A DNA stretch of 20,000 nucleotides from Chiloscyllium plagiosum (lineage: Eukaryota). The notes under the pieces are model-generated. The model saw only the letters and a list, made by a program, of their open reading frames with translations. It was not told the DNA's origin and did no database searches. This document shows positions 18,480 through 20,000 of the stretch, one piece after another (within the stretch, counting starts at the first letter, position 1; every line of letters begins with the position of its first letter). The position numbers were made by a program, and so were the translations under genes. The DNA lies in assembly GCF_004010195.1 (NCBI RefSeq), contig NC_057754.1:12678357-12698356 (forward strand), given 5' to 3'.

Positions 18480-19172
18480 ACTTTGAGTGCGAGCAGCAGC
18501 CAAGGTGAGACAGTTTGTTTTAAAATTACTTAATGGTAGCGGGCAGCGGTGTTTTTTTTTCTCTTAGAAAGAGTGGGGGCAGCAGGGGGAAGTGACGAAG
18601 ACCAGAGGGGCAGCCGGGAAGGAAAGCAGTGAGTATAAATACTCACCCTTCGATGCTAATGGTCACTTTGAGTGCGAGCAGCAGCTAAGGTGAGACAGTT
18701 TGTTTTAAAATTACTTACCGGTAGCGGGCAGCGATGTTTTTTCTTCTCTTAGAAAGAGCGGGAGCAGCAGGGGGAAGTGACGAAGACTAGAGGGGCAGCC
18801 GGGAAGGAAAGCAGTGAGTATAAATACTCACCCTTCGACACCAACGGTCACTTTGAGTGCGAGCAGCAGCTAAGGTGAGACAGTTTGTTTTAAAATTACT
18901 CACCGGTAACGGACAGTGGTGTTTTTTTTCTCTTAGAAAGAGCAGGAGCAGCAGGGGGAAGTGACGAAGACCAGAGGGGCAGCCGGGAAGGAAAGCAGTG
19001 AGTATAAATACTCACCCTTCGACGCCAACGGTCACTTTGAGTGCGAGCAGCAGCTAAGGTGAGACAGTTTGTTTTAAAATTACTTACCGGTAGCGGGCAG
19101 CGGTGTTTTTTTTCTCTTAGAAATAGCGGGAGCAGCAGGGGGAAGTGACGAAGACCAGAGGGGCAGCCGGGA
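18480..19172 (+). repeat. 3.7 tandem 184-185-bp monomers upstream of CR1 ORF1
   Basis: Units start CTTTGAGTGCGAGCAGCAGC at 18481, 18666, 18851 and 19035; differences are mostly CpG transitions. Confidence 0.96.
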
Positions 19173-19346
19173 CCTATAAAAGCATGCAGGAGAGGAACCC
19201 GAGGCACTACAGAGGTAGTGTCTCCCAAACGCCCTCCTCCTCTAACCTCATAAGAAGATCCGTTGTGGTAAGTAGGTAAGTGCTGCATTTTGCTTGTTGT
19301 ATTCTTTAGACCCAGTTTTTTTTTAAAAAAAGTTACTTTCAGAGGG

Positions 19347-20000
19347 ATGGCAGTGAAGGCAGTACAATGTTCCTCTTGCAACATGTTTGAGGTGAGGGAT
19401 GCCATGGACATCCCTGCTGATTACACTTGCAGGAAGTGCACCCATCTCCAGCTCCTCCAAGACCATGTTAGAGAACTGGAGCTGGAGTTGGATGAACTTA
19501 GGATCATTCGGGAGGCAGAGGGGGTCATAGATCAGAGCTTTAGGGAAATAGTAACTCCAACGATGGCAGATAGATGGGTGACAGTGAGGGGGACTGGGAG
19601 GAAGCAGCCAGTGCAGGGACCCCCTGCGGCCGTTCCCCTCAAGAACAAGTATACTGTTTTGGATACTTGTGGGGGGGGGACGACTTACCAGGGGTAAGCA
19701 TGGGGTTCAGGTCTCTGGCATGGAGCCTGTCCCCGTTGCTCAGAAGGGAAGGGTGGAGAAGAGCAGAGCAATAGTAATTGGGGACTCGATAGTTCGGGGC
19801 ACAGATAGGCGGTTTTGTGGAAACGAGAGAGACTCACGTTTGGTATGTTGCCTCCCAGGTGCAAGGGTACGTGATGTCTCTGATCGTGTTTTCTGGGTCC
19901 TTAAGGGGGAGGGGGAGCAGCCCAAAGTCGTGGTCCACATTGGCACCAACGACATAGGTAGAAGGAGGGCTGAGGATGTTAGGCAGGCTTTCAGGAAGCT
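19347..20000 (+). mobile_element. CR1 LINE ORF1 (zinc finger/leucine zipper plus SGNH esterase), two frameshifts, runs off the window
   Basis: MAVKAVQCSSC..YTCRKCTHLQLLQDHVRELELELDEL, then IVIGDSIVRG (GDS at 19780-19788), CLPGARVRDV and VVVHIGTND; shifts at the G run 19671-19679 and near 19699. Confidence 0.93.

Noticed and set aside
18896..19411. 171-aa minus-strand ORF
   Set aside because: Antisense read-through of the monomers and CR1 ORF1 start.

Overview
Repeat-dense vertebrate DNA. The repeat families (HE1/V-SINE-type SINEs, CR1, Tx1, Penelope-like elements, characteristic minisatellites) point to a cartilaginous fish, probably a shark; this is an inference. No intact protein-coding gene is evident. 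The host component is a decaying C2H2 zinc-finger locus on the minus strand: a CpG-rich promoter/first exon at about 15.8-16.1 kb and finger-type remnants at about 15.5, 11.2, 6.6 and 2.6 kb. Three unexplained coding-like minus-strand segments lie between them (8.9-9.65, 7.8-8.25 and 4.4-5.3 kb). The clearest signal is a set of six short Penelope terminal-repeat pieces from three sequence families carrying a minimal hammerhead-ribozyme core. Three have target-site duplications, several have inverted arms, and five break just upstream of the core. The window ends in the 5' part of a young CR1 element preceded by 3.7 tandem 185-bp promoter-like monomers. All calls are by eye, without database searches, and element boundaries are approximate.
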